In this document: positions 1 to 12,390 of the stretch, in pieces
Layout: every line of letters starts with the position of its first letter
How positions within the stretch are numbered: position 1 is the stretch's first letter
DNA from: Mobula hypostoma
Lineage: Eukaryota
Direction of reading: 5' to 3'
Length of the DNA: 64,000 bases
Assembly: GCF_963921235.1 (NCBI RefSeq)
Contig: NC_086097.1
Coordinates: 236,222,001-236,286,000 of the forward strand
Notes under the pieces: generated by a model
Seen by the model: the letters and a program-made list of their open reading frames with translations, nothing else
Told to the model about the DNA's origin: nothing
The model's database searches: none
Made by a program: the position numbers and the translations under genes

Positions 1-76
1 TATGTGTCCCTTTAACATTCTATTGGTTTCGTTCTCTCTGCCCTTGCCACAGTCTCTGTGTCTTAAAATATTTTAC

Positions 77-275
77 CTCTTGCTTTCCCAAGGACTGAAG
101 GAAATCCAAAACATTAGCCACTTCTCTCCAAAAAGGTGCTGCTTGATCTGAAATTAATTTCTGTTTCATTAGAGATTTTATCAGTTTGTTATAAATGTGA
201 TCGATTCGCATGTTGCTAAAGAAACGTTCCATATAAGAAAATTGGTCTCACAATGGTCTTGCAGGGCCATTTATG
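77..275 (-). pseudogene. Candidate exon of a decayed dynein heavy chain-like gene (segment just before the DHC_N2 linker)
   Basis: Non-repeat island reading NINGPARPL*DQFSYMERFFSNMRIDHIYNKLIKSLMKQKLISDQAAPFWREVANVLDFLQSLGKQE and ending at donor GAG|GTAAAA (76-75). TGA at 250-248 falls where dyneins have the W of PxxxLW. Similarity judged by eye. Confidence 0.4.
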
Positions 276-343
276 TTTCAGAGAAATGCACACAAAATAC
301 TGGAGGAACTATCAGGACTCAGACAGATCAGGAGAATGGACAA

Positions 344-490
344 AGATGTAAATAAGGTTGAAAGAGTATAGAGAAAATTTAATAGGATATTGCTGGGATT
401 TGAAGACCTGAGTTATGAGGAAAGGTTGAATTGGTTTAGACTTTATTCCCTAGAATGTAGAAGATTGAGAGATTTGATAGAGTTATTAAA
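344..490 (+). mobile_element. Degraded CR1 ORF2 3' fragment
   Basis: Resembles the ERVQRRFTR..LSYEERL..LGLYSLE segment of the other CR1 copies. Confidence 0.7.
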
Positions 491-1081
491 CGGTGGTTAG
501 AATCACGGAGGAGAACTCTATTTTTTAAAGTGGAACATCACAAAGGTGCATACATCAGGATGTTCTTTATTGACTACAGTTTGGCATTCAATACGATAAT
601 CCTCTCAAAACTAATCAATAAGCTTCAGGACCTAGGCTTCAATAATTCCTTGTGCAATCAGATTCTCGACTTCCTCATGTGCGGACTGCAGTCAGTTCAG
701 ATTAGCAACAACATCTTCTCCAACAATTTTCACAGCACATGTGCACCATATGGTTGTGTGCTTAGCCCCCTGCTCTACACAATTTATACTTATGACTGTG
801 AGGCTAAGCACAGCTCCAATGCCATATTTAAATTTGCTGATGACACTACTGTTGGTGGTCAAATCAAAGGTGGTGATGACTCAGCATATTGGAGGAAGAT
901 TGACAATCTGGCTGAGTGATGTCACAACAGCAACTTCTCACTCAATGTAAGCAAAATTCAGGAACTGATTATTGATTTCAAGAGAAGGAAACCACAGCTC
1001 CATGAGACAGTTCTCAACAGGGGATTAAATGTGGCGAGATTTAGCAACTTTAAATTTTTCAGTGTTATCATTTCAGACGAT

Positions 1082-1689
1082 TGTAACACTCGCTTCGCCA
1101 AGCGGCTTAACATAGGGGTGATAACCCCTGCCTGGCCAAACTTATGAAATCTCATTTGGGTGGATGCTGTGCGATGTGTCCCTGTTACAAATCAGTACCC
1201 TAAGATAACAAACAGTACACAATATGTGATTAAATGATTAAGCTTTATAACTCTTACTTTGACTATATAGTTAGTAGAGAAACAAAATAGAAAAGAAAAA
1301 GGACCCAAATTGTAAGATTTAATAATAAACCCTCTGTGCACAAAGTTGGAGCTCACTCAGTTGTCCTTCTTCCACCCTCAGTCTCCTCCGAGCGTCGCCA
1401 ACCTTCGGACTCCTGCTCCGAGTCCACCCCGTCCGGCGATCTACTAAGTCTCTCCATTCGCGTCTTCTCCCTTCATCTCTCACTCTCCCTCTGACAAAAG
1501 CCCACTAAATCAACTGCTTCCAGAATCACAAAACAGGGCAACAAAATCCTGATTGGCTAACATCCATCCACAGTCCTGTTATCTCCAGCCATAACCCAAA
1601 CATTGCTGCTACAGCGAAACTGCTACTTCAACAGTGAACATTACAAAAAAAACTATTATATTAGCAGTGAACTCTTACAGTGTGTTACA
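1082..1689 (-). repeat. 3' LTR of the Gypsy element
   Basis: TGTAACAC...GTGTTACA; direct repeat of 7289-7894. Confidence 0.95.
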
Positions 1690-1702
1690 CTCTCCCCCCA
1701 TC
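1690..1702 (-). promoter_or_regulatory. Polypurine tract
   Basis: Minus-strand purine run (GGGGGGAGAG) abutting the 3' LTR. Confidence 0.85.
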
Positions 1703-2269
1703 AAATTTAGTCATGTCCTCACGACATTGAGATAATTCGCTAACCCTTCCTGCAAAACAAAAAGCCCAATCCAGGTGCAAAAGGCAGTGACGTAGCTCCC
1801 CAAAACAGTAGAGATCACGCTCTGTTTCCCAGGTGCTACATAGGCCAACCTATCCAGTGGTCTCTTAACTCTCTGAGACCTCCGTACCTCCTCACCTAAC
1901 TCTTCAGGCTCAGACGCTACTGGGGATACTTCTGGCCTACTTGGCAAGTCCTCCCCCGATCTATCACTCGTGTCCCCCTGCAACTCGGAGCCCCCTGTCC
2001 TGTGTCCAGGCCCCACTTCCTCTCCTTCAGGGTCCTGCTGCCCACAGATAGGCCCACCCCCATTTCACCTGACTCAGTAGGAGAAGGGCCAGGAGTCTCT
2101 GCCTCAATCAACGGGGAGTTAGCGAAAGGCAGCATGTACCACACATCCAGATCATCACCCTCCGAATCAGTATCCCTCTCATGGGCGGGGCCCGGCCTAG
2201 CCTCTCCCACTGTGGGCCCTGCAGTCGCCCCGCGTTTTCGCAGAGTCCTCTTACAAGATGTAGGCTCCA

Positions 2270-5200
2270 AGTCAGGTTCTAGATCTACCTGCACCTCTTG
2301 TCCCAGGGGGCAACAGGTGGTTCCGATGGAGAATCTTGACAGGCCCATTCCCCTCCTCTGGTTTCACCCAGAAAACTGGTAGATTTGGCATCTGACTCTC
2401 CACCACATAGGGTGTGGCCACCCAGCAGTCAGCTAACTTGTGCTTTCCAGGCAGCCCCAAATTCCTTATGAGGACTCGGTCTCCTGGCAGGAGTTGGGAG
2501 AACCTCACTTTTTGATCATACCTTCTCTTATTTCCTCGATTCTGCTAGGCGGCTGCGACCCCAGCCAATTCATAAGCCCTTTTTAGCTCTCTCCTCAGAT
2601 CAGACACTACTTCAGATAAGACTTTGGTGGTAAGTCACCCTCGTCAGTCCCAAAACAAAGGTCAGTGGGCAACCTTGCCACGTGCCAAAACATCAGATAA
2701 TACGGCGAGTGTCCAGTAGCTTCATTTCGTGTGCAGTTGTAGCAACGAACCAGATGCCCAATGTGTTTACTCCATCTGCTTTTCTTGCTGATCTCCAGAT
2801 GCCTTCTCCCGAGCATGTCTAGCAAGGTCCGATTAAACCTCTCAGGCTGAAGATTGCCCTGCGGGTGATAGGGCGTGGACCTCGACTTCTGCCCAGTAAC
2901 TCATAGATGAGTCTGCTCTCGAAGTCCCATCCCTGGTCACTATGTATCTGCCTGGGAAGGCCATAATAAATGAAATACTTCTCCCATAACATTTTTGCCA
3001 CAGTAGTCACCCTCTGGTCCTTGGTAGCAAAAGACTGAGCATATCTGGTGTAGTGGTCCATGATGACTAAGACATTCGCTGTGTTGCTGGCATCGGGTTC
3101 TATAGACAGGAAATCCATACACACCAGGTCCAGGGGCCCTGCACTCTGCAAGTGGGACAAAGGAGCTGCCCACGTAGGCAGTGTCTTCCGCCGTATGCAG
3201 CGAATGCACGACTTGCAGTATTCTTCAACCTCTGACTTCATTCGGGGCTAGTAAAACTGGTCTCTGAGCAATCCATAGGTCTTTTCCACCCCCAAATGTC
3301 CAGAATCATCATGAAGTCACTTCAACGCATTCCTCTGATACTTCTTGGGCGGAATCAGCTGGCAACGCTGAGGTCGGTCCGGGGGTTACGTGACCCGGTA
3401 TAAGATCTGGTTCTTCAACTCCAACCAAGGCCATTCTTTCAGTAATGGAGGCACCGAAGTGTGTTTCATCTTCTCCGCCTGAGCCATGTCTCGCTGAGCA
3501 GCTGCCACTTCCCCAGAACTCAATTCCAGTAGCTGATTTGTCTTCAGAGCAGTCATGTTACAGTAAACTTGGGGTATAGCGTCATCAGAAGTCCCCTATT
3601 GTTCCAATGCTCGATCCAGCCTCTTCTTTTCTTCTGCCTTCATGGTGATGGCAAACTGACACGTGGCCTTCATCCCAGGGGCAGGAACACTCCCTCACGC
3701 CTCGTCTCTGTCCAGTCCCTCATGCAGCCGTCGGGACAAATCATCCGCATCAATGTTCCGGCTCCCCGGACGGTGCTTCTGGCTGAAGTCATAGGCAGAC
3801 AGCGCTGCCAACTACCAATGGCCTATGGCATCCAATTTCGCCAAGGTCAGGATATAAGTTAGGGGTTTGTTGTCCGTCTTCACCTCAAACTTGGGCCCGT
3901 AGAGATAGTCACTCATCTTATCCACTACCGCCCATTTCAACGCCAGGAATTCCAACTTGGTCGTGGGATAGTTTCACTCAGAGGGCGACAAACTCCGGCT
4001 GACAAACGCCACAGGCCTCAACCTGGTGCCATGATCCTGATACAGGACATCCCCTAAACCCTCTCGGCTGGCATCTGTGTGCAGTACATACAGCAATCGG
4101 GGGTCCGCAAAAACCAGCACTGGCGCCAGGGTCAGCAGCTCCTTCAGTGACTGAAAGCCTCCTCACATTTTACATCCCACCTCTGTCCTAAAGGCTCCAA
4201 CGGGTTAAGATACTTTCCACCCTACTGTCTTTTTCCCCCTCCCTTTCTTCCTCAAGGGAGGGTAACCACACAGAAGCTGATTCAAGGGGTGACTCTCTTC
4301 ACAAATCTCTGATAATAACCACAGAACCCAAGGAACAAGCACAGAGCGCTCACAGTCTGGGGCCTTGGCCAAGTGGTCACTGCTTCTATCTTAGCTGGGT
4401 CAGTAGCTATTCCATGCTGTGAAACTATGTGCCCAACGTAGCTAACAGACGTTTGGCAGAACTGACACTTGTCCAGGGAAAGTTTTAACCCTTCAGCTTT
4501 CAGGCAGCCGAGCACGTTCAGTAGCCTCGCTTCATGTTCTTCAGGTGGATCCAAACACTATGAGGTTATCCAAATACACCAACACCTCAAGCAAGTTCAT
4601 ATCCCCCACCGTCTTCTCCAGGACCTGCTGGAAGGTTGCTGAGGCTCCCGATATGCCCTGGGGCATCCTTTCGAACCAGAGGAATCCCAGGGGGCATATA
4701 AATGCTGTCTTCTCTTTGTCGGCCTCACTCATCGGGATCTGGTAATATCCACTCCTCAAATCCAGCACACTAAACCACTTCGCACAACTCAGACAGGCCA
4801 GCACATCTTCGACTCTCGGGACCGTATACTGGTCAGGGACAGTGCGCCTGTTCAGAGTCCTATAGTCCATACACATGCGTACCTTCCCGTTCTTCTTCTG
4901 GGCCACCACTATTGGGGATGCATAGGGGCTTCTGGACTCAGTGATGATCCCAGTTTCCTTCAATTTACACAAATGCTGCCGTACATTTTCCACGTCTGCA
5001 GGGGCCAGCCGCCGCAACCTCTCTCTAAACGGGGTGTCCTCGGTCACCGAGATAGTGTGACGAATACTCTTGGAACAACCCACATCAAACTCACCAATGG
5101 AAAAGGCACCTTCTAATTTCAATATCTTCTCTACCAACCTCCCTTTCCAACCCAGCGGCACTGGGGGATCCCCGAAGTTGAATGACTCAGCGGTCAACTT

Positions 5201-6010
5201 TCCCCCCGTTTCCAAAAGTTTCTCCCCAGCGTGCCTCGCGGGGACACTAGATATTACCGTCACCGGGAACAAATGCGCCAGGGGCATCCCTCCCTTGAAG
5301 GTGACCTCCCTCTTCATAGTGTTCCTGACGATCACAGCCATCCTTCTTGCCTGTACAATTGAGGGCTTCTGCAATTTGGGCCTCACCAGTACCCCAGCTG
5401 GAAATCCCAACTCCACTTGTGGTCTTCCGGAGCATCCACTAAGAGGGCTTTGCTCCAGGAAATTTGGGGGTCCCCATCACTCTCGCTACTTCCCCGGGCT
5501 GTACCACCCTAGGCTTTGACTGGGTGATCCACACAGTCCCTCATTTAAATTCGGTATCCCGCCCACTGCTGCCACACACTTCCTCAAAAGCAGCTCAAAA
5601 CACTGGGTGCACGGACAATGTTACCCAGAAAGGTCTCACCAGCCTTCTCCTTGCAGACCCCCATGAGCCTCCTCACAAGAGGGGTGTTGGTCCCTACCAG
5701 AATTGAAATGCTGCCCGTCACAACAGGGTCCGGACAAACCAACTCTAATGTATCAAGAACCTCAGACACTCCCACATTGGCCTCTGAGAACTCCAGTTTC
5801 ACTGACAAATAACCGTCGTATGGATAATCACCAGACTGAGACCCCAAATCTCCAACGCATTGAATGGTGTCAAGGGTAAATGCTACAGATAACTGTTGTA
5901 AAACGAATGGTACAGTAACGTGACCTGTGACCCGGTGTCGAGTATGACTTTAACGTAAATACTCTCTATCTGTAGCGACACACTGGAGCGTGGTCCCACT
6001 AACCCTTCAG
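2270..6010 (-). pseudogene. pol: Gypsy pol (protease, RT, RNase H, integrase), disrupted
   Basis: [11 protein letters not shown] (protease); [33 protein letters not shown] (RT, YxDD altered); CKSCIRC, DFLSIEP, VIMDHYTRY, HSDQG (integrase). Confidence 0.92.
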
Positions 6011-6099
6011 GAATAGAATCTTTTGCTTTCGGGAGTTCCTTGGTACATTGCTGGGAATGTGTTCCCCCAGAGACACCAGGCCATTTCCTCACTGGGTCC

Positions 6100-7230
6100 C
6101 CTCTAAGTTTTTCCAGCGATTCTCCCTGCTGAGGTATCCGGGGGCTCACTCTCCTTCTGGCGTGACACCTGCTGCCAGCAGCCCTCCGCATTGTTCGTCC
6201 CCTTGGCAATCCGCACCCCCCCCCCCATCAGCTCCATCATGTGCTGGGGGGTCACACCTGGTGATAACAGCTGACGTATCTCTGTTCTCAACTCTGCCGC
6301 AATCTCCTCTACCACTCCCCGAGGTAGGCTATCTGTGGTCACTTCACCGCAGGGGACTACTACTGAGGACTGTACCCTGCTGACTGAGTCCTCCCATGCA
6401 TTCTCCTCTTCCCGTACCGCTCTGATCAGCTCAACAAAAGATGGAGGGCGCGCGTCTTACGATACTGTCGGAGACCCCACGCAATCCAGTCATGGGACTG
6501 GGCGCCCCTGGTTATCTGGTCCACTCTGAACTGATCCACCTCAGCCGCCTGAATGACCCCTCTGCGCTGCAAGCAATTTAGCTGCCTCTCTAGCCAAAAA
6601 ATAAAAGCAGAAAGCTTCTCCTCCATCTCCTGACGCATGCTTTGAAACCCCAGCAGGAGCTCCATTGGGCTTCAAGTCAGACCAAAAGTGTTTTCTAGTG
6701 CTTTCATATCATTGACAGCTGTTGCTAGGGGTAACTTAACCCGACAGTTCTGACAATGTCAGCGGCCTGCACATTCAAACTTTCAACCAATCTCTGTCAC
6801 TTTTCATCATCCGAGCACTGCCACTCATCTAACAACTGAGAGGTCCGTTCCGCCTACGTCTCAAACTCCTCCTCCCCTTTAGGGGTAGGCATTACTCCAG
6901 AGAATAGGCAGAGTCTGCCATAGCCAGGACTTTGAATCTGATTTTTCCATTTATTTGCCAGAGAAATGAGGGTGGAGGATACAACCTCAGAATTCTCACT
7001 CTTCACCGGGGGACGTGGACTAAGTAGACATTCCAAATCCGACCACTCTTTCCCCTCACTCCTCAGAATTGATAGAACCCTGTCTTTGAAACCTCAGTGC
7101 TGGTCTGCATTAAAATGGGAGCTGCGCCCACCATCTTATCAAACCTCTGCTCACAATCACAACTTTAACAGGACTTAACAGTGGAATTAACAATACATCC
7201 GGAGTACAAATATCTGCCCCACTGGTTCAT
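6100..7230 (-). pseudogene. gag: PNMA-like Gypsy gag, disrupted
   Basis: YGRLCLFSGVMPTPKGEEEFET and FQSMRQEMEEKLSAFIFWLERQL match the capsid pattern of PNMA-type gags. Confidence 0.8.
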
Positions 7231-7264
7231 TGCTCAGGGTAATCACTCAGTATCCAACGGAACC

Positions 7265-7286
7265 AATCCCGAACATAGCCCCCTCA
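7265..7286 (-). promoter_or_regulatory. Primer-binding site, tRNA-Pro-like (degenerate)
   Basis: TGAGGGGGCTATGTTCGGGATT, 2 nt from the 5' LTR, compared with the tRNA-Pro PBS TGGGGGCTCGTCCGGGAT. Confidence 0.7.
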
Positions 7287-7288
7287 AT

Positions 7289-7894
7289 TGTAATACTCGC
7301 TTCACCTAACGGCTTAATATAGTGGGTGATAACCCCCTGCCCAGCCAAACTTAAGAAATCTCATTTGGGTGGATGCTGTGCGACGTGTCCCCGTTACAAA
7401 TCAGTACCCCAAAATAACAAACAGTATACAATATGTGACTAAACGATTAAGCTTTATACCTCTTATTTTGACTATATAGTTAGTGGAGAAACAAAATATA
7501 AAAGAAAAAGGGCCCAAATCATAAGATTTAGTAAAAAACAGTCTGTGCACAAAGTTGGTGCTCACTCAGTTGTCCTTCCACCTACGGTCTCCTCCAAGCG
7601 TCGCCGATCTTTGGAGACCCGCTCCGAGTCCACCCCGCCCGGTATTCTACCAGATCTCTCCATTCATGTCTTCTCTTTTCATCTATCTCTTTCCCTCTGG
7701 CAAAAGCCTGCTAAATCAACTGCTTCCAGAATCACAAGACAGGGTAACAAAATCCTGATTCGCTAACATGCATCCACAGTCCTGTTATCTCCAGCCATAA
7801 CCCAAACGTTGCTGCTACAGAGAAACCATTACTTCAACAGTGAACATTACAAAAAAAATATTACATTAGCAGTGACCCCTTACAGCGCGTTACA
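7289..7894 (-). repeat. 5' LTR of the Gypsy element
   Basis: TGTAATAC...GCGTTACA; direct repeat of 1082-1689. Confidence 0.95.
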
Positions 7895-8384
7895 GGATTA
7901 AATCATAGTGTAGAGGCAAGGCAGTGCCTCTACTTCCTTTTAAAGTGCAAAGATTCAGCAGGTCGTCTAAAACTTTGACAAACTTCTATACATGTGCGAT
8001 GGAGAGTATATATTGACTGGCTGCATCACAGCCTGCTATGGAAACACCAGCGTGGGTAAACTTCTCCCCACCATTGAGAACATCTACACGGAGCTCTGTC
8101 ACATAAAAGCAGCATCCATCATCAAGGTGTCCCAACATCTGGGCCATGCTCTCTTCTCACTGCTACCATCAAGTAGAAGAGACAGGAGCCTCAGGACCCA
8201 CACCACCAGTATCAGGAACAGTTATTACCCCTCAGCCATCAGGCTCTTGAACCAGAGGAGATAACTTCACTCATTCCATCACTGAACTATTCCCATAACT
8301 TATGGACTCATATAAAAGGACTCTTCATTTCATGTTCCTGGTATTTATTGCATATTTATTTATTTATTATTGTTGTTATTATTA

Positions 8385-8920
8385 ATTTTTTCTCAGCTCA
8401 AGTTGGTATAACCTGAGGTACAGGCATAGTCAAGCATCTTCATTTGTCAATTGCTAGGAACTTTTGGACTGTTCTAGAGATGTTTAGTGTTGTGGCTTTC
8501 AGAAGATTTACATAGATATTATTGATAGCCTTAAATGTTTAATTCTATTGTGTAGTGCTTTTGTGATGATATCAGTTGTAGATATTACTATTGGAACAAT
8601 GTATACCTTGTACATGTTCCAAAGTCTTTCAATTTCCTCTTAAAATTCTGCTTATTTCTGGTGTTCTTTACTTATTGATTTCTGTAAGCTTTGGAATGGC
8701 TATATCTATCAAATAGATTGTTCTTGCTTGTTTATCCTGTATTTTTATATCCAGACGGTTATTATGGATTGGCTTATCTGTAATAACTGATCAGTCATAA
8801 TATAATTTGTGGTGTTCTGACTCTAAAACTGGATCTGGCTTGTACTTATAGTAAGGTGTGATTTCATTTATGAATTTGTATTTTAAAGCAAGATTTTGAT
8901 GAATAATGTTTTCCACTTTG
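8385..8920 (-). mobile_element. R4/Dong-like non-LTR element, 3' fragment (restriction-like endonuclease)
   Basis: Manual translation: IIHQNLALKY..YYKYKPDPVLE..KLYYD*SVITDKPIHNNRLDI..YLIDIAIP..EEIERLW..VYIVPIVISTT; ends next to a (TAA)n-like tract. Confidence 0.8.
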
Positions 8921-8929
8921 CTGTCTTAT

Positions 8930-9322
8930 AAGATTATTAAGGGATTGGGCACGCTAGAGGTGGGAAACATGTTCCTGATGTTGGGGTAGTCCAGACCCAG
9001 AGGTCACAGTTTAAGAATAAGGGGTAGACCATTTAGAACGGAGTTGAGGAAACCCTTTTTCACACAGAGGGTTGTGGTTCTGTGGAATGCTCTGCCTCAG
9101 AAGGCAGTGGAGGCCAATTCTCTGGATTCTTTCAAGAAAGAGTTAGATAGAGCTCTTAAAGATAGTGGAGCCAAGGGATATGGGGAGAAGGCAGGAAAAG
9201 GGCGCTGATTGTGGATGGTCAGCCATGATCACAGTGAATGGTGTTGCTGGTTCGAAGGGCTGAATGGCCTACTCCTACACCTATTGTCTATTGTCTATTG
9301 TCTATTGTCCATTGTCCATTGT
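8930..9322 (+). mobile_element. CR1 3' fragment with (CTATTGT)n tail
   Basis: TRGHSLRIRGRPFRTE..FFTQRVV..WNALP, CR1 3' UTR and microsatellite tail. Confidence 0.85.
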
Positions 9323-9605
9323 CTTTTGCACCTTGGTTTTGTGTCTGTCTTGTCTGGTGTAGTCTTTCATCCTTTCCTGTACTTACTATGAATTCCTGCA
9401 AGTAACTGAATCTCAGAGTTATATATGGTGACATAATGCACTTTGATTATGCATTTATTTTTAACTTTGAGCTACTTTCAATTTTGCAAAGCAAATGAAA
9501 TGTTTGCATTTATGTAGTGCCCATCGCTACTTCATAACCTAGCATAACACGTGGCATCTAAAGAAACTCTGTCTGTTCTTCAACCTCAGCACGTCAGCAA
9601 GTTAC

Positions 9606-9724
9606 CTGATCATATGATCTTGTAAAATATTCCAACATTCTCTCATCAAAGAGCAGTATTTTCCTCAGCAAGCTTTCCAAGACCTCCGGGAAAAAGCTCA
9701 CATATACCATCTTGACACGCTTTT
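9606..9724 (-). pseudogene. Candidate exon, dynein heavy chain-like
   Basis: Open frame KRVKMVYVSFFPEVLESLLRKILLFDERMLEYFTRSYDQ; donor CAG|GTAACT; T-tract followed by TTGCTG (possibly a mutated AG) or an alternative AG at 9721-9720. Confidence 0.45.
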
Positions 9725-10276
9725 CAGCAAGTTAAAAAAAATTAATCCCCAAACCCTCACAAAGTGATTATTAATTCACTGAACTAATTAAAGTCTGTCA
9801 TTGACAACAGCAGGACAGTTGTATAGCTGCACCTGTTTTTTTTTCTAATTCCTTGATCATCCTGCTGAGCTATTACAGAGGTACTTCACCATGTTACCTA
9901 CCACTGCACTGAACAGCAGAGAAAGCTGACAGATGGTGATAAGTTAATCTGAATCAGGCTTCCTCTTGACTCCCAATGATTCCTTCTGTAATTAGAAGAG
10001 GGATGTCACTGTACAACTAACAAATTTCAAAGAAGGACATCAGATGGAAATTGGAAGGCAACTAGTCTTATCTTTTCAGAAAAAGAAATAGACAGGTCCA
10101 TTGATTTTCTTATTTGGTTCAGCTTACACAGCTAGTCAGACAGTTGACAGGCTTTGTCTGGCCTATCAGGTGTGCTTACTGCATTTACAGACAACTTTGG
10201 GCCTTGCATTCTCATTCCACAGGTCTACTGTTGATGTGAAACAGCTCTCGTGCTAAACTGGAATGTAAACAATTGA

Positions 10277-10705
10277 AAACACAAAAGATTCTGCAGATGT
10301 TGGAGATCCAGAGCAAGACACACAAAATGCTGGAGGAACTCAGAACTGAAGAGCTACAACCAGAGGTTGTGGATTAAGGGTGAAAGGTGAAAAGTTTAAG
10401 GGGAACATGAGGGGAAACTTCTTCTCTCAGAGGATCGTGAGAGTGTGGAATGAGCTGCCAGCACAAGCGGCGTATGCGAGTTCAACTTCAATGTTTAAGA
10501 CAAGTTTGGACGGGTACATGGTTGGTAGGAATATGGAGGGCTATGTTGCTGGTGCAGGTCGATGGGAATAGGCAGTTTGAATGGTTCGGCATGGACTGGA
10601 TGGGACAAAGGGCCTGCTTCTGTGCTGTACTTTTCTATGACTCAATGAAGAAGGTTCTCGGTCCAAAATGTCAATTGTTTATTCATTTCCGTTGATACTC
10701 CTGTT
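10277..10705. mobile_element. Degraded PLE-end mini-element interrupted by a CR1 3' fragment (10345-10643, +)
   Basis: Left arm CTGCAGATGTTGG..CACAAAATGCTGGAGGAACTC; right part TGAAGAAGGTTCTCGGTCCAAAATGTC is a decayed hammerhead; CR1 KFKGNMRGNFFSQRIVRVWNELP lies between. Confidence 0.6.
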
Positions 10706-10749
10706 GTGATCTAAGTGAATCTATAAAAAAGTAAAAACTCTGAACAATT

Positions 10750-12197
10750 GAATCAGAATCAGATTCAATCTCACTGGCATATGGCGTGAAGTTTGTTAGC
10801 TTTATAGCAACGGTTCAATGAAATACATGATAAATAAATATAGAGAACAAAGCTGAGTTACATTAAGTGTATATATGTCTGTTAAATATTTAATTTAAAA
10901 TAAGTATTGCGAAAAAACAGAACTAAGAAAATAGTGTGATGATGTTCATGGGTTTGATGTCCATTTAGAAATCGGAAGACAGAGGGGAAGAAGCTGTTTC
11001 TGAATTGGTGAGTGTGTGCCTTCAGGCTTCTATAACTCCTTCCCGATGGTGATAGTGTGCAGGGGGAAGTCCTGGGTAGTGGGGATTCTTAATGGTGGAC
11101 ATCACCTTCCTAAGGCACCACTCCTTGTAGATGTCTTGGATACCATGGAGGCAGGTACTCATGATGGAATTCCCTAATTTTACAAGTTTCTGCAACTTAT
11201 TTCGATCTTCTGCAGTAGCCCCTTCATACCAGATGTTGATGCAAACAGTCAGAATGCTCTCCACGGTACATTTGTAGAAGTTTTCAAGTGTTTTAGGTGA
11301 CATACCAAATCTCCTCCAACTCCTAATGAACTATAACAGCTGTCTTGCCTTCTTTATAGCTTCATGCATATGTTGGGACCAGCTTAGGTCCTCAAAAATA
11401 TTGACACATGGACACTTGAAATTGTTCACTCTCTCCACTTCCAATCTCTTTATGAAGACTGGTGTGTGTTCCCTCGTCTTACTTTTCCTGAAGTCCACAA
11501 TCAGCTCTTTGGTTTAACTGACATTGAGTGCAAGGTTGTTGCTGCGATAATACTCAACTCACTCCTGTACACTCTTTTGTCACCCTCTGATATTCTGCCA
11601 ACAATGGTAGGATCCTCGTCAAATTTATAGATGGCAATTGAGCTACGCCTAGTCATACAGTCATGGGTATAGTGAGAGTAGAGCAGTGGGCTAAGCACGT
11701 GTCCATCTAGTGCCCCAGTGTTGATTGTCAGCGAGGTGGAGACGTCATTTCCAATCCGCACAGACTGTGATCGTCTTGTTAGAAAGTCGAGGATTGGGTT
11801 GCAGAGAGAGGTACAGAGGCCTAGGTTCTGGAGCTTTTTGATCAGGGCTGCAGGAATGATGGTCTTAAATGTTGAACTATAGTCAATAAACAGCATCCTG
11901 ACATAGATATTTGCATTGTCCAGGTGATCCAAGGCTGGATAAAGAGCCATTGAGAATACGTTTGCCGTAGACCTATTGTGGTGATAGGCAAATTGCTGTG
12001 GGTCTAGATGCTTGCTGAGGCAGGAGCTGATTCTAGCCATTACCAGCCTCTCAAAGCATTTCATCACTGTCGACGTGAGTGCTAGTGGAAAATTGTCTTT
12101 GACGCAACTCAAGCTGCTCTTCTTGGGCACTGCTATAATTGTCGCCCTTTTGAAACAAGTGGGAACTTCCATCCAAAGAGGTGAGAGATTGAAAATG
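10750..12197 (-). mobile_element. Rex1/Babar LINE, 5'-truncated
   Basis: [34 protein letters not shown] motifs; (GATTCT)n tail. Confidence 0.88.
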
Positions 12198-12297
12198 CCT
12201 TTTTTGCTCATATATTTTTTTGATATTTCTGATCGCTCATACAGATATATTAATATGACTGAGCTTGCATTAGATTCATGAAAAAGAACTGATTCAC

Positions 12298-12390
12298 CAG
12301 CGATCTTCCCAGATAAGTTAACTGAATAGAAGCCTGTCTCCAAAACGTTTATTGCCAATGGAATGAATTTCCGAAGCAAATTACTATGTA
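12298..12390 (-). pseudogene. Candidate 93-nt exon (phase 1 to 1)
   Basis: Acceptor CTCTACATTGTCAG|, open HSNLLRKFIPLAINVLETGFYSVNLSGKIA, donor G|GTGAAT. Confidence 0.5.

Larger units (their letters stand above)
1082..7894 (-). mobile_element. Full-structure, decayed Ty3/Gypsy LTR retrotransposon with PNMA-like gag
   Basis: Two ~607-bp TG..CA LTRs; 4-bp TSD CGAT(1078-1081)/GGAT(7895-7898); order gag, PR, RT, RH, IN; many stops and frameshifts. Confidence 0.95.
530..8385 (+). mobile_element. Rex1/Babar LINE fragment split by the Gypsy provirus (530-1081 and 7895-8385)
   Basis: YIRMFFIDYSLAFNTI, GCVLSPLLY and KFADDTT motifs; C-terminal ILTGCITA..HALFSLLPS..RNSYYPSAIRLLN resumes after 7895. 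Confidence 0.85.

Noticed and set aside
9890..9985. Additional minus-strand exon candidate after TTACAG
   Set aside because: Only one short open frame, ambiguous donor and no motif support
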